The notes under the pieces are model-generated. The model worked only from the letters and a program-made list of their open reading frames with translations, did no database searches and had not been told where the DNA came from. A DNA stretch of 64,000 nt from positions 704,004 through 768,003 of the forward strand of contig MU006096.1 of assembly GCA_010093705.1 (NCBI GenBank), read 5' to 3'. Below are positions 36,999-49,559 of the stretch, piece after piece. The position numbers and the translations under genes were made by a program. The DNA is from Patellaria atrata CBS 101060. Taxonomy: Eukaryota. Position 1 is the stretch's first letter. Each line of letters opens with the position of its first letter.

Positions 36999-39775
36999 TC
37001 AGTGCGCCTTGATACAGCAATGTATTGACTTCTAGCTGATCAATCCTACTACAAGGAACTAGCATGACGAAGAACCAGTCCTGAGTAACCATTGTGGGCT
37101 CCCTCCACAACGTTGACATCTTCTTTTGAGTTTCGTCGACAGCTCTCCAACTTTATTGTAAACCATGTAGTGGTATTGTATGTTTGTCCGGTGCAATTTG
37201 ATCTCGCGTAAGAGTTCCATATATCAGCCTAGCTCCGATGGCACTGACTTTTCGACGTGCAAGCAGATGATCATTCTTCACGCCCAAGATACCACCAATG
37301 TCAGTATCTTCATTATCGATTGAGCATAAGCGCTCATACATCACCACGTCCTCGTCTGCCACAAATACCACCGACAGAATTCTTTCCGCTCCCGCAATGT
37401 GACTGACATACTGCACGAGCCCAATTCAACCTCTTTGTGGTTTCTCCAGAACCCAAGAATACCGATCTAGACATATCCTAGATATTTCCAATGATAAGGC
37501 GCGAAATAGCCATACTAGATGCTAAATTAGACGCTGATTATGCGTATCTTGCAGCACATGTCCCACAATACGCGTCGCAGTATGCTCTGATGTAGACCTA
37601 ACCGCACGGGGGCTTCCGATAATTTCTCGACAATGATATGTTCCTTTTTCGTACTTCCCAAGAGCCCGAAGGCCAATGACTTTGTCTTTCATCTTTGGGA
37701 AACGGAATCCGGCGCAATAGAGCGAGTCTTTTCTAGCCACCAGCAAACGTTCAACACGGACCCCCAGACTCTAATAAATCCATTGAGTCTTGCGGATCCA
37801 CGAAATCTCCTTTGTTTGGTTTTGGCACACATGATAGCGTAGTGAGGAGCGCTATAATCGAATATTTTCCACCTTTTGCTGGGCGTTTAGACCAGGAAGG
37901 GAGGTGAACAGACCTCGAGTGAAGGACAAGAATCTCCTTGCAGCACAAGGATCTCCGCGTGACCTCAGGTACGCGTATGTGGTGAGGGCCCAATTGGAGG
38001 TATTTATACTGTTCGCAGGAGGATCGAAACCAAGTGTGGTGAATATCATTTTGGAATGAGCAAGGGACAGAATAACGAATGGGACGTATGGACCCATACA
38101 ATGACTATTTAGCTACTCCGATACGGGTCTTTCGTTCCCGGAACATCAGAATAGTAATTGTAGCATCTTCGACAGTGCTTAATGGTGCATCACGAGCGTA
38201 ATGAAAGAGCAGAAGAACACCTCAGTCTGGCCCCGAAATTGGAGATGAGACGACAAACTGATGTCTATGGTCCAAATAAAGCAGGCGCCAGCAATTCAAG
38301 GTCGAAAGGATCCACTTTCGAAAATGAGTCGTTCCGAATACCAAGATCAGCCAGACAGCGGCTGCCAATTAAGCGACTCTTGATTGCGTTCACCATTTCC
38401 TAGCTCTTTTCTGTATGGTTCAAGAGAAAAATCACTCGGGTGGTATGCCCGGAAACCTACGACTCAAATATTGTCGACGGCGTAGTCATTGCTTCTAAAC
38501 CAAAGACATAATGCTTCTTCGTCGCCGGTGACCGAACACTCGCAGGAAAGAATATGTTTTAAAGCTAAACGTTTCTGCCTGATAATGCAGATTTTGATCA
38601 GGCTCAGAAAACTCTGGGAAAACGACTTTCTACACATTTGGAATAGATTTTGGAGCCGGGAAATGGTTGATATGTGATGTAATTGTGAGATCCACTCTCC
38701 CAATGGCCAGTATCCAACATCATTCTACTATCCGTATCAGGTAGAACTGGCCCTCTTCTAGAGACGCCCTTAAACGCTCAAGATGGGTTTTCAAAAGCGA
38801 AGTCGCAGTGTAAGGCCCGGATGTGGTTACGGAAACGCAACCCGAGCCCCAAAGCCATAAGATAGAATAGTTTTGCAATCTCCAGGAAGAACACAATAAC
38901 TGTTCGGAGATGGGTTCAAGGTAGCATGCTAACCAGTAATCTTAATTCTAAACAACTAACATGGGATAGAAAATGGACATAATGATGGAGCATAGATGAA
39001 GCTTTGGTCCAGATGGGTATGAACTCGAGCTAGGAGAATAAGGCGATGTATCCTAATAAGTATTGGCGGCGTGGAACTCGGGGGAACAGACAATGAGTAT
39101 TCCCAGCTGAATAGAAGGTGATGAGGCAGGATATTAGATAAAAGCTCTCTTTGCTTCTGAATCTGTATATTAGAATAAGAAAAGCTGCAGGTTAGCTGAT
39201 CCTCTAGCAATATGCCTAGGAATGTTTAACTTGAATGGAGGAAAAGGAAAGAGAAGAGACAAGGGAGAGGGGGAGGGATTAAATAGACGTCTGGCCTCTC
39301 TAAATAAGTCACCTGCGAGCTCCCATCCTACACCGCAACAGCCAGCACATCAATCACACGCGAGGAACAACTGGTAAGGTCATCGTCCACAAGCATCTCC
39401 ATTTCTTTTATCTACCCTAAGCCAACTGGTTCCGCAGCAGGTCACTCGCACCTAGGATCCACGCTGACGCCAGGAAAATCCATCATTCTCGCAGGACAAT
39501 CAGCAATACGGCGCATATTCAATCATGCAGACTTACCTGTGATCTATATCTCCATATGGCTGTCTGATGATGCGACACGCATGATCTCTTTCCCGGGCCG
39601 CGCTTCCGTAAATATACAGATCCAGATTCATCACCCATCCAGACGCCTCGCTTCCTATCATAACACTTACAGCTCAATGGGGAAAGAAGGGGGAAGGTGA
39701 TGATTATGATCTTGCTTATATTACTGACTTAGGGGATGCAGCAAATAGTGCCGTGAACCTAGTCCCCGTTCAGTC

Positions 39776-42216
39776 CTAAAGACCGAACTGATTGAGTGGT
39801 CCTCCTCGTCCACCCTGCCTTTGTTGTGCCATTTCACCGTACATATCGAACGGTCCTCTCCTTGGGCCTGCTGGAGGCATGCCCATCATGCCATCTTGCG
39901 GCATCGGTGGTGGTCCGAATCCGGGAGGGGCTGGTCCTGGAAAGTAACCTGGTGGTCCAGGAGGAAATTGCCCTTGACCTTGAAACAAATTACCTGGTCC
40001 GTTCATGCCACGCGGTGGTCCTGGGTGGCCCAGAGGAGTGTTACCAACAGAATAAGGAGCTAAATTCGGGCCACCAAAACCTGGTGGATTCCTCATACCT
40101 GCTCCAAAGCCTGGTGGGGGAGCAACACCACGTTCTTGAGGAGGAGCAATGCCTTGCTTCATCCATGGCATCTCATTAGAAGCCTGCTGAGGGATCCCCA
40201 TGTTGCTCATCGGAACCCTTGGCGCATTTTCTGTCGTATTACGGCGCTGTAGAGCGGCCATGGGATCTTCATAGAGACCAGGAGGACCACGTTGCGGACC
40301 TTTACGATATCCCTCCGAGATCTGATCAGAATCCCGGTGTTGCATTTCATTCATGGGAGGTGAATCGTCAAAGAACCCAGGTGGACCTTTCGGCCTGTGT
40401 CCTTGTGGCTTTCCTAGTTTGCTCTCAATGAATTGTTGAACTTGTTCTGGCTGACCTGGTCCCCTCTGCGACTGCTGCATGAGATTCAGTAAGAATTCCC
40501 TGTCACGACTCAAAGGTGGATTCTGTGCGCTTGGTGGCCGCATTAAGCCTTGAAGGCCAAAGTTTTCCTGAATGCTACCACTACGCTGAGGTACTCCGTC
40601 CATACGGTTCCCAGGATTGCGACTTTGGTTTGTCTCCCACCATTCCGGTTCTGGACTTTGCAGCTGAGACTGATGTCTAGGCTCTGGCTGCGCTCCCCGA
40701 GGCGCGAGAGCCGCTTCGACGAATGCATGCTTTTCCTCACGCGAACGCAACACGTGGTGCCTCGGTTGGTTACCAAACTCCATGGGATATTCTTGAGAGG
40801 AGAACGGAGCGTCTTTGGAGGGTTCCAAACTCTCAGGCCCGTTCGACATGCTCTTTTGACGTTGAGTAGGGACTGGCGGCTCTGGTCGTACAGCAGGTTG
40901 CGCTAAGGACACACTACCAAGCATCTGCAGGATCCGCTGAAATCCCTCCTTGTCCTCAGAGGACCCGTCTGGTGCTGGACTTGAAGGAGTTTGCGCTGGA
41001 GGTTCTTCTGGAACGGGCCTTGGCCTTTCCGGGGCATTGAAATAGCTGGCGAATTTTGATGCTTTCGTTTTCGCAGCAACAGGTTTTACTGCAGGAGGAA
41101 CCTCTTGATTGACTTCCTCTAGGTTCTTTGGAGCTCCAAAAAGGCCGAACAATCCTCCAGTACCCTCGAAAGCCATAGGGGTGAGAGGCTTCGCTTGTTC
41201 AGAAGCTTCTTTCGGTTCTGGAATTTTCTCCGACTCATTCTCTTCCTTTTCTTGCGTTGTCTGGCCCTTGTTCTTCATGTTCATTGATTCTTTCCACTTT
41301 TGAAAGTCCTCCTGGGTACGGGTGACCTTCCTGTCCTCCTTTACTGGTGCATCTAACCATTCAGGATCTTCCTCAACAGGTCCTCTTCTACTCCAATCTC
41401 GATCCTCTCGGCGTTCTCGCTCTCGATCGCGCCAACTCTGAGCCTTTTCTGGGCCGTCTTTCTGAGCCGGGAGCCCGCCTTCTCGGATCCAAGTTCTCTC
41501 GAATGGGGCTCGTGGCGGCGGCGGGCGCCGTCCGTTGGAATCAGGTGTATTGTCCAAATCTACATCCCTTCGGAAACGCTCGCGGTCGCCATTCCTGTGC
41601 AGTTTCTCGCTATCCTCAATTCCGATACTCTTTCGAGACCGCGCATTTGTCCAACTATCACCGTCATCTCGCTCCATGCGTCGCCCATTCATCAATGGGT
41701 TGCGCTCTCTTTCTTTCGTAAACTTCTCCCGAAAGTTCGTCTTATCCTGCGCGTATTCATCATTGTAGCTAGTCGTGGTTTTGTCGTTGTTCTCGGAGGT
41801 ATTCTGTTGCTTACGTGCAGTGGAGGCGAACGAGGTTCTAGGAGGCCCAAGTACAAGATCCTCTGGAGCTTTTGGCATTGTTAGCAGTTGAACAAAAGGT
41901 AAATGAGGAATATGTGGAAAACGGACCTGTAGCGGATCCCCTAGAGAAATGCCGATTCTGGAAGAGTGAGGGTCGTTGATTAAGTTCGTGACCTGTAGAT
42001 TGCTCATCCGCTTTGCCGCTCTGTGTGCGTTGCTTCCTTTGATTTTGTTGCTCGTTCGGTGGTCTGAGATATGTTGTTAGGGAGACATCTTGGGGGTGAA
42101 GAAGGTAAGACTTACTCTATCCATAATTCAATTGAGGGCAAGCCCTCGGGTTTATGTACAAGAGGCGATTCGCGGAGGTGATGGAGTTGTTGAGGGGTAT
42201 ATCGTATGATCATCAT
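39776..42216 (-). CDS. Probable eIF4E-binding protein (Eap1/4E-T-like), long low-complexity protein, 3 exons
   Basis: N-terminal RYTPQQLHHLRESPL..KPEGLP (YxxxxL motif); LVLGPPRTSFAS, EEDPEW, RTQEDFQKWKESM, SKFASYF; P/G/Q-rich tail; introns near 42065-42115 and 41870-41926. Confidence 0.7.
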
Positions 42217-42967
42217 GGTTGCGGAACAATAGCAACCAAGAGTGAGGATAGAAGAAGGTTGAATTCGCAACGCGGTCGTAAAATATATGAATGACAATGA
42301 ATACGTTCAATTTACATATACCGTCGTCGAGATACACAGAGTTTGTAGATCAATGTTTGGAGGTTGGAGAATGTCGCGGAGGGTTTGGAAGGTCGAAGAT
42401 AGGACTGACGTGGGAGGTGGGTCAATTGTGTTCGTCGGGCCTTGACAAAGGCTGTGTGTCAAGATATCTGCGGGTTTACTGAGGCAAAAGAATTTCGTCC
42501 TCCAGTTATAGATTTAGCAGGCGGAGATTTGAGGTTCAGCAGTGACAGCACCCCGAGATGTATGAGCACGCTTTGGTGCTCAAACATGGATTGCGTAGCA
42601 AACCTCGAAGAATTTGGAGTGCGGCGGAATAGCGGTGGGTTGAAGTTGAGATCTCAGAACAGAAGTTTAGACAGTGAAGAATATTTGGAATGGTATCTTG
42701 GATGTGAGAAAGTTCTTATATTGTCGCGCTGTGTCGTGTGAAAATATTGAAGGTTTGGTGCCTTAACATTCTTCAGGTAGGCATGCTACGTACAGTTGTG
42801 CAGGTATAGCAGCTAGACTTATTGAAGCTTACCGCCGCTTCGCCAAGCAAAAGGTCGAGATTTCGGTCACATGCTGCATCGGGAAGTTAGTCATGTAAAG
42901 TCTTGATGTTCTACTAATTTATGATCTTTCTACAATACAACCATAGTAAATCGAGGAACTGTCCCAT

Positions 42968-45900
42968 TTAATTTGGCTGCTTTATTCCTAATTGTTCAAC
43001 CCTCTGGACTGTTTGCTCCGTACCGCCATGACTCCACTCGTTCGCCTTTGAATCACACGCCTCATACAATTGTCGAGCCAGTTGGCTTAGAACCTTCATT
43101 GTGGGTTTTTCTTCGCTAAGACATAATCGGCTCTCTATCCAGCTTAAAATGCCATTCCTGGTCATCAGTGTCATGCTACCCCCTTCCACCGACCTTGTTC
43201 GGATGAGCAAACCCAATATCTTCCGTTTCAGAGCTTTAGAGCTCTGTTGTGCACTGAACAGTGAAATGATGCGTTCATACACGTTGCAGGTACGGAAGAT
43301 TTCAAGATCCTTTGATACGTCGTTAGTAAGATGAGGGAGAAAGGCTGAGAAGGATTACTTACCTCCGGCGTACGGAGACCGTCTATTAGCCAGTCCATCA
43401 GCCATTCCACTTCCTTATGATACCCATCATCATCCGTTGGAGAGTTGAGCAAGATGGCTTTGATCCAGTATGTAGGTAACTTGCTAATTTCCCAAGTTGG
43501 GCCACGGAGAAGAAATGTGTTCACTTTGGCGTAAAGAATGTGGTCAGGGTTAGCCTGGACAGCAAGAGCGCGTGTAGCGAAAGTCCCAACTACATAAGGT
43601 AGAGCTGTTTCATCGAGCGATGGTGACGCGGATTCAACCAACTCCCCAAGTAGGAGGTAGATCTGTTCCCACTCCTCATACGACATTTCCGAAGCCTTAA
43701 CCCTTCCCATCAACTTGCGAATATTATACAAAGCCTGCCGTCTGATATCTGGGTATTTCGAACAAAGACATAAGATCAGTTCAGCAGCGGAACCTTCTTG
43801 TACAGCCTCGTCTACCTCCTTCTGCGACCATTTGTGCAAACCATGGTGATTTTCTTTCTCTCCCGGAGGAGGATTGAGCTCTATGGTGTTCGGCGAGTCA
43901 TCATCCTTCATCTTTACCTCCATGTTGTTGCTCAGGACTCCAGTCGTTGGGCTATCACTTGATAAAAGTTTGGGTAAAGTCTCATTCTTCCGGAAAGCCT
44001 TCTCTAATCGTTTCCGAAGCGAGTTATCAACAGTCTCCGTGATGATATTGCTTTGTACCAACATCAATATGGCCGGATTCACTCCGACATTTTCGAAATA
44101 CCTAAAAAGGCTGGCAAGCCAATCGGCAATCCATATAGTCCGCTCTGAATCTGGTGAGCTTTTTGATATGTATAACCATTGCTCAACCATCACCATCAGA
44201 CAGATAGTCGTAGGACTAGTATGAACATTGATTGAATGTTCGTTACTCGATATGATTAGCGACTCCAAGTCGTCCAAGTATTTGATTGGTCTCTTAGACA
44301 GCCTGCTAAAGCACTCATCGAGGAAATTGAGGACAGCGAAATTGATCTGGTCATCTTTTAATGGTAGACTGACAAGAAGTGCATCTAGAGATGGAGGGGA
44401 TGTCTTGAGGTCCAAAAGCTCATATTCTCTGACAAGTGATACTAGTAATGACTTGACCTGCGGCATTGCGTTAGATGCTGCAAGCTTCAGTATGGTTATG
44501 AATGGAGAAAGCGGGAGTGATTCTACAGAACATTAGCACCTATAACAGAATGAGAAATTACGCGCTTCATACCAGGCTTCTGCCACCATCGCATATTGGG
44601 GGAATAAGTGGCAATCTCTAATAGGTACTCTAATTCAAGTATACGTAAGCCCTCCTCCTCAGAGCTACTGGCAGTATTGTCGATACCTATTCTCGACAAA
44701 GCGTTAACGAGATGTAACGATGCGTCGAATTTTTCATCCAATGCTATCTGTGGAGTGACTTGATAATACAGCTTAAGAAGGTGTGTGACTGCTTCCCTCT
44801 GGAGCAAGTCGTCCCCCGATGTATTCTTATATGTAAAAACTACATCCTTTAGACTAGGGCACCGTCGAATAAACTCTGAGAGCAACCTTACACGAGTCTG
44901 CTGCCATGGCTTTGGTCGGGATTTGGAAGCTTCACCAAGCTTTTTCAAAACTTTCTTTAGCTTTTGAAACGATATCACCAGAAGTCTTACGGCAAAGAAC
45001 GTTATTAGATTACTGCTCTGGTTTAAACACCGCGTAAGAACCTGCTGATTAGCGGGATGTGGTAGAATACTCTCTATGATGGTATTGACCGGGGGAGGAG
45101 AAGTAGCATAGTCTCCAGTATGACCGAAATATTCTGGGATCGGAAGTTGTATAACCGAGAATAAGAACGAGGAGTAACCGATCCAAGTGCTGGTAAGCTT
45201 AGCGTCGAAGGAAAAATTCTTTTTCTTGTAGAAGTAATCCGTGACCAATTCCGGCGCGGCCTCGAAAATGGCGAGAAGAAGCCCTTGCTGCATCAGATCT
45301 GCATACGGCCGAAGGCTTTGAGCAAAAGTTGCTAGGGTGATATTGCGCGGTGGGCGTCGACGAGAAGAATTCACTAATTCGATACCAAGATCGATATCAG
45401 TATTATCTTCATCGTCACGCTCTTCCGAATCTGTCATCTTATTTGACCCACGGCCATACCACCCAGATGACGAGAGTAAAACACCGTTGTCGGGATTCGT
45501 ACATACCAGCATGAGAAATTCGTGCGCGACAACATCAACAGACTTCTGTTGGTCGGAAGATTTGGACTCCTCTTCAACATACCTGTAAAGGTTTGCAATA
45601 CTTTCAAGCGACCGTTCTGTCAGAAGGTTAGCTTTGCTGTATCTCGGTACAGTTTTGTCAGAGATAATGTGAGATTTAATGACACTCAGAACGCTGATGA
45701 TAGTTTCCGGTGTATCAGATTTCAAGTTATCGAAGAGGGCTTTGATGACGTATCCCTGTTTAAGTATATCGATCTTCGCACCTTCATCCTGATACTTAAA
45801 ATTTGCCAGAAGATATCGTATTGAGTTGGACCGAACGCTGGGCTTCTTCCGTTGGTCCTTTGCTTTTCCATCTGAATTGAATATGCTGAGGTTTCTTGCT

Positions 45901-46597
45901 ATGACTTTACCATCGAAAGTATAGTCTCGCCTCGAGTAAAGGAGTCTTGCCATCGCACCATCCTCGAAAGATACAATTTGCGTGAGCAATCGGATACATG
46001 GTGAAATGACGTAGTCCTTGTGCTTGGAGGCAGAATGACCTCGAGAGATCAACTTCAGTTGTGCTGGGTTAAGCACTGTTCTGCACAACAACAAACCCGA
46101 TTGTTTGAAATCCGAATGGCTGGATAGCGTCTTCATCAGGAGAGCGAGTACGGAAACAAGGGCGGCGAAAAGGTATTCATTATTTGTATGATTTGAGAAG
46201 GCCCAAATCTGCATAAGATCTGACAGGAATACTGACTCTTTATCATGCTTTTCCTTGGGCTTTTGCGACTCCAAATAATCCTCTAATATTGTCCGTTGGC
46301 GGGGAAGCTGGGCTTCTTCTTTGGGGTAGAGTATAGTCTCGAGAAACACTTTGAAACTCTGGATCCCTATTAACACATATTAGCAGTATTCTTTCTATTT
46401 AGGGCAGGCCACTTACCATTGCGCATCCGTGGGACGTCATCCTGTCGAAAGTTAAGAAGAGAGTGTAGTTGTCTTGAGGTAAAAACTTCTTCTGGCTTGA
46501 GAGAAGTATGGTCATGATGCTCAAGTTTCGGGCGCTTAGACTTCTGCTTTTCGTCGCTACGCTCGTCTGCGACAGCCTGAGCAGGCCTTTTGCTCAT
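42968..46597 (-). CDS. URB1: Nucleolar pre-ribosome-associated protein Urb1/Npa1, multi-exon
   Basis: Joined ORFs 46370..46597, 44523..46376, 43228..44466 and 42968..43282 with Npa1/NopRA1-like motifs (PSVRSNSIRYLLANFKY, IFEAAPELVTDYF, LTSTWIGYS, EGGSMTLMTRNGILSWI). Confidence 0.85.
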
Positions 46598-47320
46598 TCT
46601 GGTGCAAATAGCATATCTTTCGATATGGGTGTAAAAAAAGTTTGACGCGGGAGCATAGTAAAGCTGTGGCCAGCGGCAGAATCAAAAGCTTGCATTGACC
46701 GCCAACAGACGACGGGACCAGCCAAACTCCGGTTCGGCGACCGCACAGACGGGAGCTTTTGATAAAGCTTTTCTAGACGTAAAAGATGATAAGTTAGCCT
46801 ATGAATATTATCTAATGTCATAACAGTTAGTTCTACGCCTCCTAGCACAAATTAATACGACCATTTCTCGATCAAGCTAGTATAGTCATATGCCTTCGTA
46901 AACCCAAGTTCACATAAAGTACAGGTACTGTAGCACAAGGGAGTGATGATCTGCCCTATCTTGTTAACGGACAATCCACCAATTTCGCCCAAATCTCACT
47001 ATCCCAGCGAGGGTATGCAGCGCACCACCGCCATTAGAGCGTCCTAATGGCGGGCATCTCGTGGTATCAAAGCCTATCAAAACCTATGGAAAGGCGTAAG
47101 CGTGGTTGCATATGGCGTAACCCGGCTCGCATGCAAGCGAAACTTTGCACGGATAACATCGCTGCTTCATGACGGGAACACCATTATATTATCTCCATAT
47201 TTCCCTTATCAAAGTTATCATGCAGCAAAAATAACATTTTAAATCCCTTCCAAGCGGATAGTATTGTACTTGTACCATCATATCGTACCCCGTACCTGAG
47301 CTACCATCCAACCTGTCAAC

Positions 47321-48943
47321 ATGGCAGATGTCAACGCTAAGACTGACCACGATGAAGACGTCACTAAAGTGAGGACAGATGGGACGACCGCCAGACTTCT
47401 GGAACAAGCTCCGGACGCGGCCATACCAGAGGGTACCTTGGACCCTGTGTACACGGCCAAGGCAAAAGTTCTTAACAAAGCCATCCAGGACATTGGTATG
47501 GGAAAATATCAATGGCAGCTCTTTATTGTTATTGGTTTTGGATGGGCTTCGGACAACTTATGGCCTATTGTGACCTCTTTGATCTTTACTCCAGTCGCAA
47601 ATGAATTTGGTCCGGATAGGCCTGCATATCTCACTCTCGCACAGAATATCGGCTTACTCGCAGGAGCTGTATTTTGGTATGCCTATTTGCAACGATTGAA
47701 TTTACTGATCAGGGCGCTAATTCCGACTAGGGGTTTTGGCTCGGATGTATTTGGGAGACGATGGGCCTTCAATTTGACTATTGGCATTACCGCCGTGTGG
47801 GGAATGATAGCAGCTGGTTCTCCGAACTTTACAGCAATCGGAATCTTCGCCGCTTTTTGGTCTTTCGGTGTTGGAGGAAATCTCCCGGTTGACTCGGCTA
47901 TCTTCTTAGAATTCTTACCTGGATCCCATCAGTATCTTCTGACTATCCTGTCTATCGACTGGGCTTTTGCCCAGATCATAGCCACACTTGTGGCCTGGCC
48001 GTTACTTGGTAACTTGACCTGCGAGCAGGAAAGTGTATGCCGCAGATCGGATAATATGGGCTGGAGATATTTCATGGTTGCAATGGGAGGATTATCCCTT
48101 ATTATGTTCACTCTGCGCTTTTTGTGCTTCACGATTTTCGAATCTCCCAAATACTTCATGGGAAGAGGCAAGGATGAGGACGCAGTACGGGTTGTTCATG
48201 AGGTGGCTCGACGAAATGGCAAGACTTCAAATCTTACTCTGGAGGATTTAACAATTTTCGACAGTCTGGGACAGACCCAAGGAACGGATGCAAATGCTGT
48301 CCTACAACGTAGACTGGAGAAGTTGAATTTGACGCACATAAGAGCCTTGTTTTCATCAAAGCGCCTCGCAATATCGACATCTATGATTACCGTCATATGG
48401 GCCTTCATTGGATTGGGCTTTCCGCTGTATAACGCATTTCTCCCATATATCCAGGCGACACGGGGAGCGGAGTTTGGGGACGGGTCGACGTACATTACAT
48501 ATCGAAACACTCTAATCATTGCTTCTATGGGTATTCCGGGCTGTCTTCTGGGAGGTGTATTGGTAGAACTTCCCAGGTTTGGACGAAAAGGAGCGCTCTC
48601 CTTATCAACCGTTCTGACCGGAGTCTTTCTATTCGCATCGACAACTGCTGTCACTTCGGATGCTCTACTAGGCTGGAACTGTGCTTATAACTTCATGAGT
48701 AACATTATGTACGCGGTATTGTACGCTTACACGCCAGAAATCTTCCCGACCAAGGACAGAGGAACTGGTAATGCAATCACCGCAGCAGCAAACCGTATCT
48801 TCGGTGTCATGGCGCCGATTATAGCAATGTTCGGAAACTTACAGACTGCTGCTCCAGTTTACGTCAGTGGTGCTCTGTTCGTTGCAGCAGGGCTTCTCGC
48901 GGCTGCTCTACCTTTCGAGTCCAGAGGAAAAGCTAGTATGTAA
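47321..48943 (+). CDS. Major facilitator superfamily transporter (SV2/SVOP-like)
   Basis: IGMGKYQWQLF, SDVFGRRWAFN, GVGGNLPVDSAIFLEFLP, ESPKY, YAYTPEIFPTKDRGTG; many hydrophobic segments; probable 54-nt intron 47677-47730. Confidence 0.92.
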   Translation: MADVNAKTDHDEDVTKVRTDGTTARLLEQAPDAAIPEGTLDPVYTAKAKVLNKAIQDIGMGKYQWQLFIVIGFGWASDNLWPIVTSLIFTPVANEFGPDRPAYLTLAQNIGLLAGAVFWYAYLQRLNLLIRALIPTRGFGSDVFGRRWAFNLTIGITAVWGMIAAGSPNFTAIGIFAAFWSFGVGGNLPVDSAIFLEFLPGSHQYLLTILSIDWAFAQIIATLVAWPLLGNLTCEQESVCRRSDNMGWRYFMVAMGGLSLIMFTLRFLCFTIFESPKYFMGRGKDEDAVRVVHEVARRNGKTSNLTLEDLTIFDSLGQTQGTDANAVLQRRLEKLNLTHIRALFSSKRLAISTSMITVIWAFIGLGFPLYNAFLPYIQATRGAEFGDGSTYITYRNTLIIASMGIPGCLLGGVLVELPRFGRKGALSLSTVLTGVFLFASTTAVTSDALLGWNCAYNFMSNIMYAVLYAYTPEIFPTKDRGTGNAITAAANRIFGVMAPIIAMFGNLQTAAPVYVSGALFVAAGLLAAALPFESRGKASM

Positions 48944-49559
48944 GAATGTGTAACAAGAGGTCATGATGTGTGTTGTACAGGTATGTTGAACTATACAGGA
49001 GAAAACGTACCTTTAATCTCTGAAACGGAAAGGTGGATATACAATATCTCAATTAAGATAAATATGACCAACAGAAATAATACCAAACTTTTTATGACTC
49101 TGGAGAGTTTGAACCCGAAAAGAAATAAGTCATAAGTTGACATATCAGCTTCCTGAACTGGTTAGATAGTTCAAGGTCACCTTCCCTCCTTATCTCATCG
49201 TTGAGATAGAGATCGTAAGATTTTACTTACACTTGAAACTTATTATCTAACAAGGTTCTTCTAGGTAACTCAAACCCCCACGCCGGAAGTAAGGTGATAC
49301 CAAAGCCTCATCAATACCAACTCTGCTAAAATTAATCCTCGTTCATCAGCTCTGTATTCTAACATTTCTTTACTGGCTGACTGTCATTGCTCTGTGTTAC
49401 AAACTCGAATTCCTTCTGTTGTGAAAAGTTATTGTATAATGCAACTTAAAATCCAGCGTCTGTTACACGACTCGGCATCCAATATGTTATTCTCCAAACC
49501 CATAAAAGTAAACAGTGAAAAAGAAAACAAAGCAAACAAGAGAAATCCTCGAGGAATAT

